Below are positions 39,788-61,099 of a DNA stretch of 64,000 bases, piece by piece. A program made the position numbers and the translations under genes. The notes below the pieces were generated by a model. The model saw only the letters and a program-made list of their open reading frames with translations. It was not told where the DNA came from and did no database searches. The stretch is taken from assembly GCA_043228905.1 (NCBI GenBank), contig JBHGNT010000002.1, forward strand, positions 25,544,001 to 25,608,000, in the 5' to 3' direction. Every line of letters starts with the position of its first letter. Within the stretch, counting starts at the first letter, position 1. Source of the stretch: Azolla caroliniana (lineage: Eukaryota > Plantae > Polypodiophyta).

Positions 39788-42700
39788 CTAGCTGGAAGAT
39801 GTATTATCAATATTCATTACATCATCGTCATGAAGCTGCACCACAGATATTGTGTTTCTATATTTGAAGTTTGATCCCAACCACATCATCAAAAGCATGG
39901 CAAATGCACAGCCACCCGAAAAGAAGAAGAACTCGTTGGCCTTCGTCAACCTCCCACCAATTAGGGCAACAATGAAAACCGTCACAAGATTCCCTATTGA
40001 AATAACACATGAAAAATACTCATTGATAATTATTGCCCAGGTATACTGTAAAACTTATTTTTCGTCGATTAACAAACACAATTTATCCTCATCAATTTCA
40101 CATGCATCTGGGATGTACATAATTCAAACTTCATTGATTTTAAGTGCATCACGGCTACTTGTACTTTTAACGTATAGTTCAGTTTTTGCGATTTTATCCA
40201 TTTGAAGGAATATAACATAATGATCAATTCTTTATCCATTTTCAAAGCATCAAGTACGATCAACCATCATCAATCTTGAATACAACAGACATAGTTCATT
40301 GTCATTTGACCTTTTTTTTTTAAAGGCTGAAGTATATTCAAATGATTTTGAGCACATGAAAGATTATTTGGTCTTAATGCATAATATATAATTCCTTTTT
40401 CATTGATTTTAAATGCATTCGAGATTCATGCAATTGATTCGATATGCATCAAGTATAATTTATTCATTAACTTCTAATGCATCAGATAATTTTCACTCAC
40501 CTGCAGATACTGTCAACAGCCAGAACGATTGAACCATCGATTTCATAGAATTGGGTGCTTGTGAATAAGCAAATTCAATACCAGTGACACTAAACATTAT
40601 CTCGCCAGCAGTGACCAGAATATACTGTGGAATTTGCCACAGCATAGATACTTGAGTTGCTGAAACAGAGGAGCTTCCCACACCAGTGCTTGCTCTTGAT
40701 TCAATAACAAGCTGAAGTAACCCCGATGTAAGGAAAGCCAATGCTCCCAAAAGCATACCTAGCAGCATTCTTCTCAATGGCTTTAATGATAACCCAACTC
40801 TTTCAAGACAAGGATAAATCACTTGATCAAACAATGGAATCATCACCAGTATGAGAACTGGATTCATAGCCTGAAAACGTAGGTAGTCACACAGAAAAAT
40901 GGGTTATCAAAACCTAGGGAGTTTATTGTAGAATATTTTAATGGAATGAAATTGGTCCTTTTATTATACAATTAGATAAAAGGTTGAAATGACCCTATCT
41001 CTACTTTTGAAAATTTAAAAACCTTCCAATTCCGGTCGCTTTTCTCAACTTTTACTTTCAGGTGATTAGAACTATATCCCATGAAAAACTTGAAGGATTG
41101 TCAAAATTTCAGTAACCTATACCATCTCTACCTTTCTTTTCACTGAAAATTGTCTAATCATAATTTAATATCCATACTAATACAAAAAATACCTGCATTT
41201 GATCAGGCTGAATAACAAGTCCACCAAGCCAAGGTAAGCACCCATCCATCTCTCGAGCTTGAAACACCCACTTTGATGACTGCTGATCAGAAAGAGCCCA
41301 GAAAAGTGGAGCAGGAAGCAAGACAACCAACACTTGAAACAACATTTTCACATCCTCTACCACATCATCATCATGCTTTAGCTTCGCAGCATCGAGCCAA
41401 TGTTTCTCCGCAACGCTACTGCCTTTAGACGCCTCCATATCGGAAGTATTTACATATTTTCTGAGCTGAAATGCATCTGTCGTCACCAAACTAACAATTG
41501 GAAAAATGTTACCTTCTGGCGGCCTATCAATATATGTTTTTCGACCCAACCAAAATATGAACACAGCAAAAATCATCAGGAAAGCTGGTACAGCAAAGGC
41601 CACTGCATATGACATATCTTCTCTTAAAATTGGTGTGAGAATGGTGGATATGAATGCCCCAGCGTTGATTGCAAAATAATAAAGTGAAAAGAATTTTCTT
41701 CGCACCCTGTCTTTATCCTCTCCATCTGGCATAGACCATTCAATTTGGTCTCCACCAAATGCTGAAACACAAGGCTTTATACCACCAGTGCCGAATGCGA
41801 TGAACCCTAGTGCAATCACAGTGCAATATAAGGTGAACACTGAAGCCTGATCAGAAGGAGGCATGGCTGCCAAAGCCATTACCCAGTTGCCAATGCTGTA
41901 TAGCAAAGACAAGTAGAAGATTGTACTATATTTTCCCTACAACAAAACAAAAAAAATGCCACGTCAAATTACACATAATTGCAAATGCATAGATGATGTT
42001 TTCATGCACATACAAGAATTTTGACCAAAGACCCCACTTTCCTGATGTTCCCTTTTGTGGGCCCTTCCCCACAAGGTTAGTAGCTCTTTCTGGCCGTTGC
42101 CTGATGGGCATCTCCCTGATTTTATTTGCAGAAAGGGGGAAAACCGCCACCACCACTTTGTTTGTAGGTCATTTACAGCCCATTCTGTGTCAGATGGCTC
42201 CAATATTGCTTAAACCCCATAGGAGAAAGAACCCACTTTGCCTAATGTTTCCCTAGACTAGGCTCTTTCCAAACTACTTTACTTAATGTTTTACTCTGAT
42301 GTTCAAGATTATGCGCCGTAGATAATGAATGTGGAGCACATCTTGCAAAATATTAGTGTCTCCCAATTCTACCTTCATGCCAAGCTATAATTCAGTCAGG
42401 GTCAAATATAGATGAGATATGCAGTAATGCAGAAGTAGATATCCCCATATGTACTAATTTTACATCTCTATTTTATTCTCGGATTTAGGCTTTGCCCCAT
42501 CTCTTCATTCCATTGCAGTCATTAATCTCTCCACTTTTAACTACATCTATTTTCATATACACTTAACAAACAGAAATAACTTCGAGCACAATGCTTCTAT
42601 TCACAAACGTGACAATTTCCTTCTAGAAAATTAGCGAAGAATACTTCTTTTGCTTAACTTAATATACAAATAACAAACAGAACTGGTCTCAAACATTACC

Positions 42701-43447
42701 AGATAATATGTCTAGTTCAGAACTTCATAAGCAAATAACAAACAGAACAAAACTGAAACACAATTTTTTTTGTTTTATAAGACCAAATAAAACTGCCTCT
42801 GTAGACCTACATATACTTACAACTAACTACACCTGAATTAAAACAGAATGTTTTTACATTACCAAACTGCAAACAATTACCAACTACAAAAGATTACTTA
42901 TCTAATAACATTACGCCTTTCTATGACCCTACCAGGTTGCATGATGATTAGCCTGCAAATGGAAATCACAATGCTTTTCTTTTATACAATAACCATTCAC
43001 CAAAAAAATGAAATACTGTAAGTTACAATGATTTCCTTTGATACAATAACCAATTACCAGAAAGAAAATGAGCTACTTAACCGAAAACATATTTTTTTTC
43101 TTTGCAATTACCAGATAACAATCGCTAAGAAGAGCTCCAAGGATTGGGGTAGCATAGCAAGCAACAATGAACAAGTGGACAACCTCTGTGGCTTGTGTCT
43201 CACTCATTCGAACATGCTCTAACAAGAACAGGGCTAAGATGGTTCTCATGCCATAGAATGAAAACCTCTCACAAAATTCATTCCATACAAGATATTTCAC
43301 ACTTGATGGAAATAGACTGAAATCTTGAAAAAGTGCTTTCTTTCTCTTCTTCTCTTGGAATATGGTTTTCTTAATGTTTCCTTGGGTTTTGATGTTTCCA
43401 TTATCATCATGTAAAAGCGTTTCTCTGAGTAACGAATCCTCTCCCAT
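39788..43447 (-). CDS. Proton-dependent oligopeptide transporter (POT/PTR), PepT1/SLC15-like
   Basis: Exons 43447-43112, 41936-41193, 40870-40501, 39993-39788, with a probable 5'-UTR intron at 44138-43469. Motifs NEFCERFSFYGMR, GTGGIKPCVSAFGGDQ, YFAINAG, FWALSDQQSSKW, IQPDQMQ and GIEFAYSQAPNSMKS. Confidence 0.92.
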
Positions 43448-44438
43448 GGTTCTGTTTCACTTATGGATCTGTATCAACAATAAAAAATCTACAGCATAAG
43501 AAGGAAAAAAAGAGATTCAAATTGATGCAAGAAAAAAAGGTGAAATCTAACGCTGCAGAGATTCAAGAAACCCTTAAAGCTCAGATACGGAAAGACAGAA
43601 AACATAACCTGAATTCATAAGTGAAAGAATGTAAAAAAAACTGATTTGGGAATGAAAACACTAGCAGCCGACAGAAGGATGCACGGAAGGTCTAAAACAC
43701 ATAAAAATATGAAAACGAAAGATTAAAGGAAACCCCTGAATCAGACAGGAATGAATACACAAAGAAGAGCCATAATGGAGACATGAAAAGATGGACGTAA
43801 AAAATCCCTTATTCATACAAAGAAAGATAGGGAATAAACCTAATTCAAAGAGCGTGTATAAAATCTTAATTCACACAAGGAAAGATGGGAGGAAGGGGAA
43901 TCAGAGATGAGAAGATAGAAACTAAAACACGCTGATTCAGTCAGACACGGAAAGATGGGAAATAAAATTAGAAAAGCAATTTCAGACATGGAATGATGAG
44001 AATAGAAACCCTAATCGAGGCATAGAAAAAGGAAAACAAGAAAAAGAAATCCAAATCCAGAGAGATCAGAAGATAAAGAGGAGAAGAAGCATAGATACAA
44101 ACAGAACAAAATAAAGATCGAAGAGAGGAAGCCCAAACCTGCAGGCGGGGGAACCAAAAAGAACTGTGTTGTGAAACCCTAGCGATGGAGAAGACGGAAG
44201 GAGAAGAAGAAGAAGAAGAAGAAGAAGGGATGGGTGAGCAAAAAGAGACAAAAGGAAGAAGAATCAGAAATTATTGGGGGATTCGAGAGAACAAAAAAGA
44301 AGGCGAGAATTTGGATGCTTTCATTCATTCATTCAATTTGGATGACTAAAAAGTTTCTGAATATCTCCCAATCTACCCTTCACCAATAAATTACAAACCA
44401 ATACCCCTCTCTCTCCCTTTTTCTTTTTTTATCGTAAT

Positions 44439-44660
44439 TAGCTTACTCTAATGGTAAGTCAATAACACTACAAGCACTCTGTGTCTTGGGTTCGAAACTC
44501 AATCTCCTCACCTCTCTATTATATACTTCATATATATATATCACCTCTCTATTATATACTTCATATATATATCTCTATTTCACTAGATGCCACTGTGGAA
44601 TGTAGGAGTTGAACCCATGACCACTTGGTCTCTATTGGGCAACCTTACCAACTGAGCTAC
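44439..44660. repeat. Convergent double tRNA-like (A/B box) repeat, copy B
   Basis: Plus strand: TAGCTTACTCTAATGG...GGGTTCGAAAC. Minus strand: GTAGCTCAGTTGGTAAGG...GGGTTCAACTCC. Contains an internal duplication of about 33 bp. Confidence 0.7.
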
Positions 44661-46511
44661 ATCTCTCTCTCTCTCTCTTTGGTAGTCTTCTTAGTCTCTC
44701 TCTTCTTCTTCTTCTACTTCTTCTTCTTCTGCATGGAACAACCTAACCTGACACACACTACTTGGAGATATAATGACGATGATGATCACATCTCTCTCAT
44801 TTTTGTCTTGTCCCAGACAAACACACACACCACCGAGTCGAGTCCGGGAGCTTGCGGCTTCTCATCCAATCCAGTGCTCCCCACTTTGGATACCTATCCG
44901 AAATAATACCCCACATTACCCATTCTCCCCTTCTCTGCCTCTGCCTCTTGCCTCCTCTTGCTCCTACTCATCTACTCTTGTAGGTCTAGTAGTTTTTCAA
45001 AACCATCGACACTACCTAAATTGTATTCTTATTCTCATTCTTGGATTGTTTAATCGATGCTTAGGGTTTACGTTCCGGAAAGCTACTCGCATACCCCCTC
45101 GATTTTTCGCAAAAGTACGAGAATGGCCCTCCTTCTTCACCATGCGTTGTTCAATTTGTTACTTTAAAATCTTGGGTGACTTCTGAAAGTCCGGGAATGT
45201 TTTCACCTTATTTTCTAAATTAAATAAGATATTTTCTTTCTACTTTTGATTCAACGAATCATTCTCAAACTTACTCACGTGATGGTGCAGTGTTAAAGCA
45301 GGTACTTTAACGATGACCTTGCACACATCCCACATATATGTATACAATACATATATTTTAAGTTCTTGAGTGAGAACTTGAGTGTGGACAAGCCCAATGG
45401 CGATGACATGGATCTGCAACATGATTTGATGATGATGGAGTCATACGTACATTGAGTGTTTTGAGGTTGAGTCTAAGGTCTAGAGAATTCTGTTGTGTGA
45501 AGACTCGTTACAAAACCAAATATGGCGAAGATGAAGACACGTCGAAGGGAAGTATCGCCTCTCGAGTATTCAAAACAACTTATACGACGTGTAAACATGA
45601 TGGTGAGGTGGTGGAACTTGAAGTCGTGAATTCAAGTTTGTCGTTTCTGTTTATATACCAATAAATAATGCTCATGAGCATAAAGGAATGAATCTCGTCT
45701 CCTTTATGTTTGGGTCTAATGGTATGTTCATTCATTACACAACAACTTTCACTTTTTTTGTTGCAACAACACTCCTCACATGTTCAGTTTTTCGTACCCC
45801 AATAGACTAGAAAGGATACAATCGTCAATAAAACATAGTGTCTCAATCCATTAATTTATTTTCATGTTGAAAATATGTAGTCACCCTACGTAGTTAACAA
45901 CCAATGTATCCTAATGTTCTATATTGATAGAAGGGAAGGTTGATATCCAAAATGACTATATGTTAGTATGGCAATCAATAAAGGAACAATTCACTCTTCT
46001 TATGTATTTTATGAAGGAATCCATGTGAGCTACTAGCAATTTACGAGTTTAAATATCGATGTTCATATAAATGTACTTTAAGAACTGGAAAGAAATGGTT
46101 TTGAAATGAAATTTAATCATAGTAAACAAAAATCTCAATCCAAACAACACACAAGAAATTGAAGCAATAATGTAAAGCATATATTGTGGCAGTCTTTTAT
46201 GTATGCAAAGAGGTGACATATTGTCAAATTAGGCTATTTTAAGAAAAAAACATAATGATAATCAATTTGAGTCGGAATTTTGTAAAGATCATCCTTTTAA
46301 TTTGTCAACCATATTAGCTTACTTGCATCTACCACACAATACAAAAAGTTAGAACTAATAACAAGTTTTGCATGTATATCACGCAAGCTTCACCATTATT
46401 GTGGATTATAAAGCAAATGGTACATTTTTTCCTTTCTAGCTTACAAAAAGAATTGACCAACGTTTATGTTTCTAACCAATGTAAGACAAAGTTTGATTTC
46501 TTTCATTCAGA

Positions 46512-47248
46512 TCTGGAGTAGTTAACAAATGGGTCAATTTGATCGTTGATATACAAACCCAAATGTGGGAATGACAGCTTGACTGCAAAAGAGTTCAATC
46601 CAACAGAATGTATAATCATGATCCACATTTTGACCAAGCAAAATATACTCCTAATAACCTGCCTAATCTCTCATAAAGGAAGAAAAACTAGACTATGATT
46701 CATCAATTTCATCAAATAATTACAATCAATTACTTCAAGTGGCATGGGAGCTGAAATGAGTTCTGGAGTACTTGGCAAATGGGATCAATTAGATTATTGA
46801 TATACAAACCAAACGTGGGAATGACAGCTTGACGGCACAAGGGTTCAAGACCAACAAAATGTATAATCATGGTCCACATTTTGACCAAGCCAAAGATACT
46901 CCTAATATTCTACCTATAGTTATGCAGGACGAAAGATTAGACTACAAATCATCAATTTCATCAAATAATTACAATCAACTAGTTCAAGTGGTATGGGAAC
47001 TGAAATGAAATTCAAACAAAGTTTCTCATCCAAATCTCTTCGTATTCAAAATGTTGTTTAAACACATAGAATTACATGCAAAAGCAAAGTAATGAAGGAC
47101 GAAAGATTAGACTACAAATCATCAATTTCAGAAAATAATTACATTCAATTAGTTCTAGTGGCACGGGAACTGAAATTAAATTCAAACAAGGTTTCTCATC
47201 CAAAACTCTTCACATTCAAAATTTTGTTTAAACACAGAATTACATGCA
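46512..47248. repeat. Nested tandem duplications (units about 250 bp and about 170 bp) downstream of Miro
   Basis: TCTGGAGTA...GGGAATGACAGCTTGAC at about 46512 and 46762. AGGACGAAAGATTAGACTACAAATC at about 46926 and 47096. Confidence 0.8.
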
Positions 47249-47576
47249 CACGCAAATGCGATCTCACTCATTCTGGTGTAGTAAAACCCATCTCTTCATG
47301 CACACAAAATGTGGTGTATAGATAAAAGTACCCAACTAACCAACTAAGCTTGCGAAGGGAGGAACAGAAGCCCAATTCCTTAATGGAATGTTCCGGGAAA
47401 ATTATGTAAAATTTCCATTACATTTGCATTTTCATAGACGTTACAAGTGATAAATCTTATCAAGTCAAGCAAGGAGAGCACACACGAAAAATTTTGGTAT
47501 TTGAGGAAAGGCTATTCTAGGAAGAGGCTAAACGGAGTCCAATGAAGTAGACACAGCATCCAATGTGATCCAATCA

Positions 47577-55793
<8,217 letters not shown>

Positions 55794-55924
55794 CGCCACA
55801 ACAGAGACCTCACCTCACCTCTCCTCTCCTCTCTGCCTCTGCTTCTGTTTCTGTTTCCTTTTCTTCTCTAATTTCTAATACTTTGCAACTCATAAAGACT
55901 TCAGAAGAATCAAACTATGGATTG

Positions 55925-56292
55925 TTTAATATTATTACTGCTATGTATTATTATTGAAAAATTATCATTATTTAGTCGTTATTTTTTATTGTAAGTACAT
56001 TACTATAGTCTATTAGTATTGAATTTTTCTTATTATTATTATTTTTATTGTAATTATTTTTTATTTGTTTATTGTTATTATTACTTTTATTTTTATTTTT
56101 ATTATTGTAGTTATTATTATTATTGTGATTATTGGAATAATTATTAGCATTATTATTGTTGTTGTTGTAATTTTTGTGTTGTTGTTATTCTAATTATTGT
56201 TGTTATTATTGTTGTTGTTGTTGTTGTTGTTGTTGTTATTGTTGTTATTGTAATTGTAATTGTTGTTGTTGTAATTGTATTTATTATTATTA
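55925..56292. repeat. Degenerate (ATT/GTT)n microsatellite upstream of Miro
   Basis: Directly visible. Confidence 0.9.
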
Positions 56293-56959
56293 CATAATAC
56301 ATTACGTTTGATCAAGCTCAAGGATGAAACCCTCGTGCGGAGAAGAGGAGTTGGAGACATGACACATGCCTAAACCAATACACCATACGTATTCATGGGA
56401 AGGAGGTAGATGTGTGGCCACCCATAAGTGAACGGAAGTCAGACACTCTCCATAGTATGCATGCATCCAAGCAAGCTTCTTGTACGGCACACTTGATACA
56501 CACACTAAATATGAGGTAACAATGCATCCAATAGACTTTAGGAAGAAGATAAATTAGATAGATGACAACTTTGAAGTCAACATAGAGGTTGTGAATAAGT
56601 CGTCTCACACAGTAGGACATCCTAATTGCATAAAAATCGAGTTACAAGTGGACGACATGAATAGCTATCTCTTAGAAGAGGCACATCGATTTAAAATACA
56701 ACGATTCGAGTCAAATGGTTAATTCATGTTTCAAATTTTATCAAATATCAATGATGTGAATTGAAAAGCTTAACTAGAGCAGTATCCATATTGTTTTGTG
56801 ATTTCATGTATATTTGTTACAAGAGAGAGTACTACGTCATATTTTTAGGACAATATGTGTTGTCACGAGTAATGGTTAATGGATGAATTACACCAAATAT
56901 TGCCCTCACGTTATATGTTCATCGAGCTTTGGCGAATGATTTTTTCATGTTTCTATGAG

Positions 56960-58000
56960 CCTCGTGTGAGAATCTTGAGTTGAGGATGCTCGTATGGAAC
57001 TAAATTGTGTTGGCATTCTGATTGCATATTAATTGGAAGAAATCTACCCTTGTCTTATGCATTGATAGGGTTTTTGAATATTTAGGATGGCAAGGATCCA
57101 TGGTTAAAAAAGACTTTATTTTTCAAGACTTGGGATATCCATTGGGAACGAACATTATGAATGGCGAATTGATTTAATGAATGTCTTGTAAGTTAACAGG
57201 ATAAGTTCATGTATTGGTAGTCACAATCTTGGCCATTTCACATACTCTTGAAGGTTGTTTGATGTATTATGGACCCCATGATATTGGATTACTTGCAATT
57301 GCGACGATGGACAAATAAGGCTCTGCATTCTATTTTGTTGCAATCTCTTCGATATTTTTTATGGAGAAAGCGGGATATGATGGAAATCACATGGGTTGTG
57401 TGGAACCATCTAGCAACCCCTCGTCGTTTGGGAGGAGTTGCAATATTGGACTTGTCGTTATATTATGGCTCATTGATTTCCATTATCGCAAGACAAGTGT
57501 TCAAACTCACAACCATAGATACCTATTTGTTTAGTATTTCGTTGAAACTAAGAGTATCATACATGGGAGGACAACGATTAAGGCATCATGATGGCATTTA
57601 CTAAATTGATGAATTCCATTTAAGATTCCTCATTCTTCATGCTTTCAACACTTGATTGTCTCATGGCATGAAGCAATATTGTATTTGACATATGGAAACT
57701 CGGGGGAAGCTTTGGGATTGTCTCTAAAGCGACATGGACTACTGACGAGCAATTGCTTCTTTTGCACAATTCAAGTGGACGATAGTGCGCATTATTTCAT
57801 ACAATGTTTGATTGCAAGCAAGATTTGGAGTTAAATTTCTGAAATTTGGCAAGCTTTGTCACGGAGTTATTTGATTCCAAGATGATGGTGTTAGCACAAT
57901 TCACACATGTTGCCCCAAAATCAAAGATGTAGATCGTTCTCCTAGTTTTGCAATACTAGGGTAATTTTGTTTATTGGAGCAAGTAGAAATACTTTCATCA
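56960..58000 (+). mobile_element. Degenerate L1-type LINE fragment (post-RT region and zf-RVT)
   Basis: LGYPLG, WNHLATPRRLGGVAILDL and CFFCTIQVDDSAHYFIQCLIASKIW are typical L1-clade ORF2 motifs, interrupted by many stops. Confidence 0.75.
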
Positions 58001-58453
58001 GTGGAGTGTTTGTCTTACAAGCAATGTTTTTCACATGCATTTATTTTTATAGTAGTGTGTTTTCACCAAAAACAACATAGAGAGTATTATAATGATTTTC
58101 ATTATTATCACTTGCATGAGATGGGATCCCATATAATATCATCAAGGGTGAGAAGTAGATAATCTATGAAACATTGATTCATCTAAAAGCATAATGATCT
58201 AAATTAGTTTCAACTATGATTTGTATTGATGGTGCAATATTGTATTTTATGCAAATAGTACCAAATTCATATTGTTGCTTACATCACAATGATATTTCCA
58301 TAGGTTTATTCTTTGTGGATGCGCGATGTAATTTGAAATCCACACCATATACCAACTTTGGATAAATACTACAAACCATCTCTTACACATCAATCTTCGC
58401 TAGTTGGAATTTCACTTAATTATATTGAACCCACCATTGAAGTTGAGTTCGTT

Positions 58454-59490
58454 TTACAAAGGGAAGAGCTTCCAAAGTTGGTTGTCCTCTTGATGCCATG
58501 TATCAAGAATGATTGGGGCGCCTTCCTTGATGGGATGAGTAGAATCAACATGATGGTGATGAAAGAAGCCACCCGACTTCTTTTCATGCTCTGAACTAAA
58601 AATTGTCATATTGAGAAGGGTATCACTTGCAACACGTATTGTCTTGAAACCTTCTCCGAAATCTTGACTCTCTGTGAACAATATACCCTCATCCACCATA
58701 CCTGGAAAGTAATCCACAAAGTAGAGCTGCCACCACATAACACAATAATGTAAGAACTTGACATGGAAGTGACATCAATATATACAATCAGATTGCATAT
58801 GCTATAAAGAAGTCTAGTGTTTAGAGAGCCAAATAAAGCCATCGTTCATCTTTAGTGGTGTGTTATGATGATAGAGAATGATTTGTATGTTCCCAACTCT
58901 AATTCCAAATTAAATCCAACAAGTATGTACTGAATATATTGCATCTCTTGTATTTTTAGCTACACGAGAATGTTTGCACCTATATTGCCTTTTAGGTGTA
59001 GAAACTTGTGTTGTTTAATTTATATCTAAGTGCTCCTTTGTGGCTACAAACATGAGCTATTTTACTTAAAGCAAAGATGAGAGTTTTTTACTTGTTGGTC
59101 TTTTTCTTTCCCATGTTTAAGAGCTTGTCCAGTAGCATTGTTTATAATAGCAAATGCTGGTGAGCCATAGTTGTCAATGGTGCGTTTTCCATAAGATAGA
59201 TCCTTAATCCATAACTTAAAATGCACCACATACATTAAGAAGTGTTGGAATCAACGAATATATCATCATATTGCCAATAGAAATTCATTCTCCTAACATG
59301 AATGGTGTAGATAAATATATGCATGTTTTTTCTTTTTCTAATGTACCTGGGTGGAATCATTTAAATCTGAAGGTGCCATTGAAGGAGCTTCATTGCGTAT
59401 CGCAAGGTTGTAAGTTTTGTCTGCTTTGCAAAATATCTTCACTCGTTGCCTTTGAAGTAATGGGGGATACTCACGTGTGGAAGAGGCCAT
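58454..59490 (-). CDS. Euonymus-related lectin (EUL), single ricin-B-like domain, 179 aa
   Basis: Exons 59490-59347, 59214-59092, 58726-58454, all GT-AG and phase 0. VKIFCKADKTYNLAIRN, QLWIKD, PAFAIINNATGQALKH, LFTESQDFGEGFKTIR and DNQLWKLFP parallel the EULS3-type domain. Confidence 0.88.
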
Positions 59491-59731
59491 GCGTTCAAGT
59501 TAAATGAAAATAAAACTATGAAATTAACAAATACGAATGAATCATTAAGTTATTTGTTCCACTACTCTCACTCACTCTCTCTCACCCATTCCATAACTTC
59601 CATGCAACTTAGGCACCAATGAAGAGATCGTGGGATCCATGAAGAAACAATTGGCTACTAGATCTTCAAAACAATATAGATTGTTGGTTATTTAATTTCC
59701 AACAACATCAAGTTTCATATCTCTTAATTCC

Positions 59732-59853
59732 AACAATATTAAAACAATGTTGTTGTCATTGCTACAATATTGAACAATATTAAAACAATGTTGTTGTCAT
59801 TGCTACAATATTGAACAATATTAAAACAATGTTGTTGTCATTGCTACAATATT
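59732..59853. repeat. 41-bp tandem repeat, 3 copies, upstream of the EUL start
   Basis: AACAATATTAAAACAATGTTGTTGTCATTGCTACAATATTG repeated three times. Confidence 0.92.
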
Positions 59854-61099
59854 GATGATGTCTTTGGGGTGGTGTCAGACAGGATGACATGAATGCAACT
59901 CTTATGAGGACAAGGTTTCGATGAAATTTTCTTGTTCTGCAACACATAATGCTCACACATACACACCTTAATAGAATATAAGAAATTACCACCACCACTG
60001 GATAGGACGAGAAAACAAAACCAAGTAGAAATAACCCAAACTTCCTTGCTAATTTATAAAGAAGACTAATGAAAGAGACCCTCTTTTTAAAATACACAAT
60101 TGTTGTGAGCTCTTCGTAAAAGCTACGCGAATCCATCATTTCTCGTTTTTAAATTACACAAACACATGTATACAATATATGTGTGTGTGTGTGTGTGTGT
60201 ACCAATCTTAAGCCAATTAATTTCCTAGAAAAGGATATGTATGCCAACGTAGGCATTATCCAAAATTCCTAACAACTCGCATTACCTATTTTTTTTCAAC
60301 TCTAACCTAATTTATGTCTTGAAAAGGTGTTCCTAATATTATATATCATTTAAACTCGAAACTTAACTTTGCAAATGTCTATACTATTATATGAAGCAAA
60401 CGATTTATTCAAGCAAGGATTAATGTGTGCAAGATAGAAACCTTCTCTCTATCACACTCTTTTTTATTGTTCGTTTGATGGTTTACATTGAATCGTTGAA
60501 TTACGCTTTTTAGAGATCCCAAGTCTATTCCTCACATTGTGTACTTTTTTAAATTTAGATTTTTATGTTTATTTTCAAGGTGTTTTCAATTGCCGAATCT
60601 CTTTGTATCTCTCTTCTGTGTCATGTTTGGCATAAAGGGCAAATCAAGATGCTTTCAAATAAAAATGAAGGCTATAGTTATGTTGTGGACATTTCAGGTT
60701 TGTGAAATATGGTAGAGATTCATGTATAACTTTCAAGACAATGTAAAACATACATTGTAAGAATCAACTTTACAAATTTACTCTAGGAACCGAATAGCTA
60801 ATGCTTTTAACGAAACAACACATTGCTACGTGCAAAGCTCGAAGAAGTAACATATTCCAACATTGATATAAATTGCTTGATGATGGATTGCATGCATCTG
60901 GTGGCTTGACAAGCTTGATTGCCATGTGGTTTCATGTCTCAAAGTCCCAATATTATCTATCTACAATACTTGACATGTAAAAGCAATGGGATGTGGAATT
61001 GACATTGATTATTGCCCAAAACATTGTAATCATGAATGGAGAGCATGCACGATCAAGGATGTGCTCTGCAAATATAAACTTCAGACTTTGATGATTCAA

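Noticed and set aside
44590-44665. Functional tRNA gene on the minus strand
   Set aside because: A and B boxes are present, but I could not form an acceptor or anticodon stem. Treated as a tRNA-derived repeat.
59732-59853. CRISPR-like array
   Set aside because: The repeats are head-to-tail with no spacers, the context is eukaryotic, and there are no cas genes.
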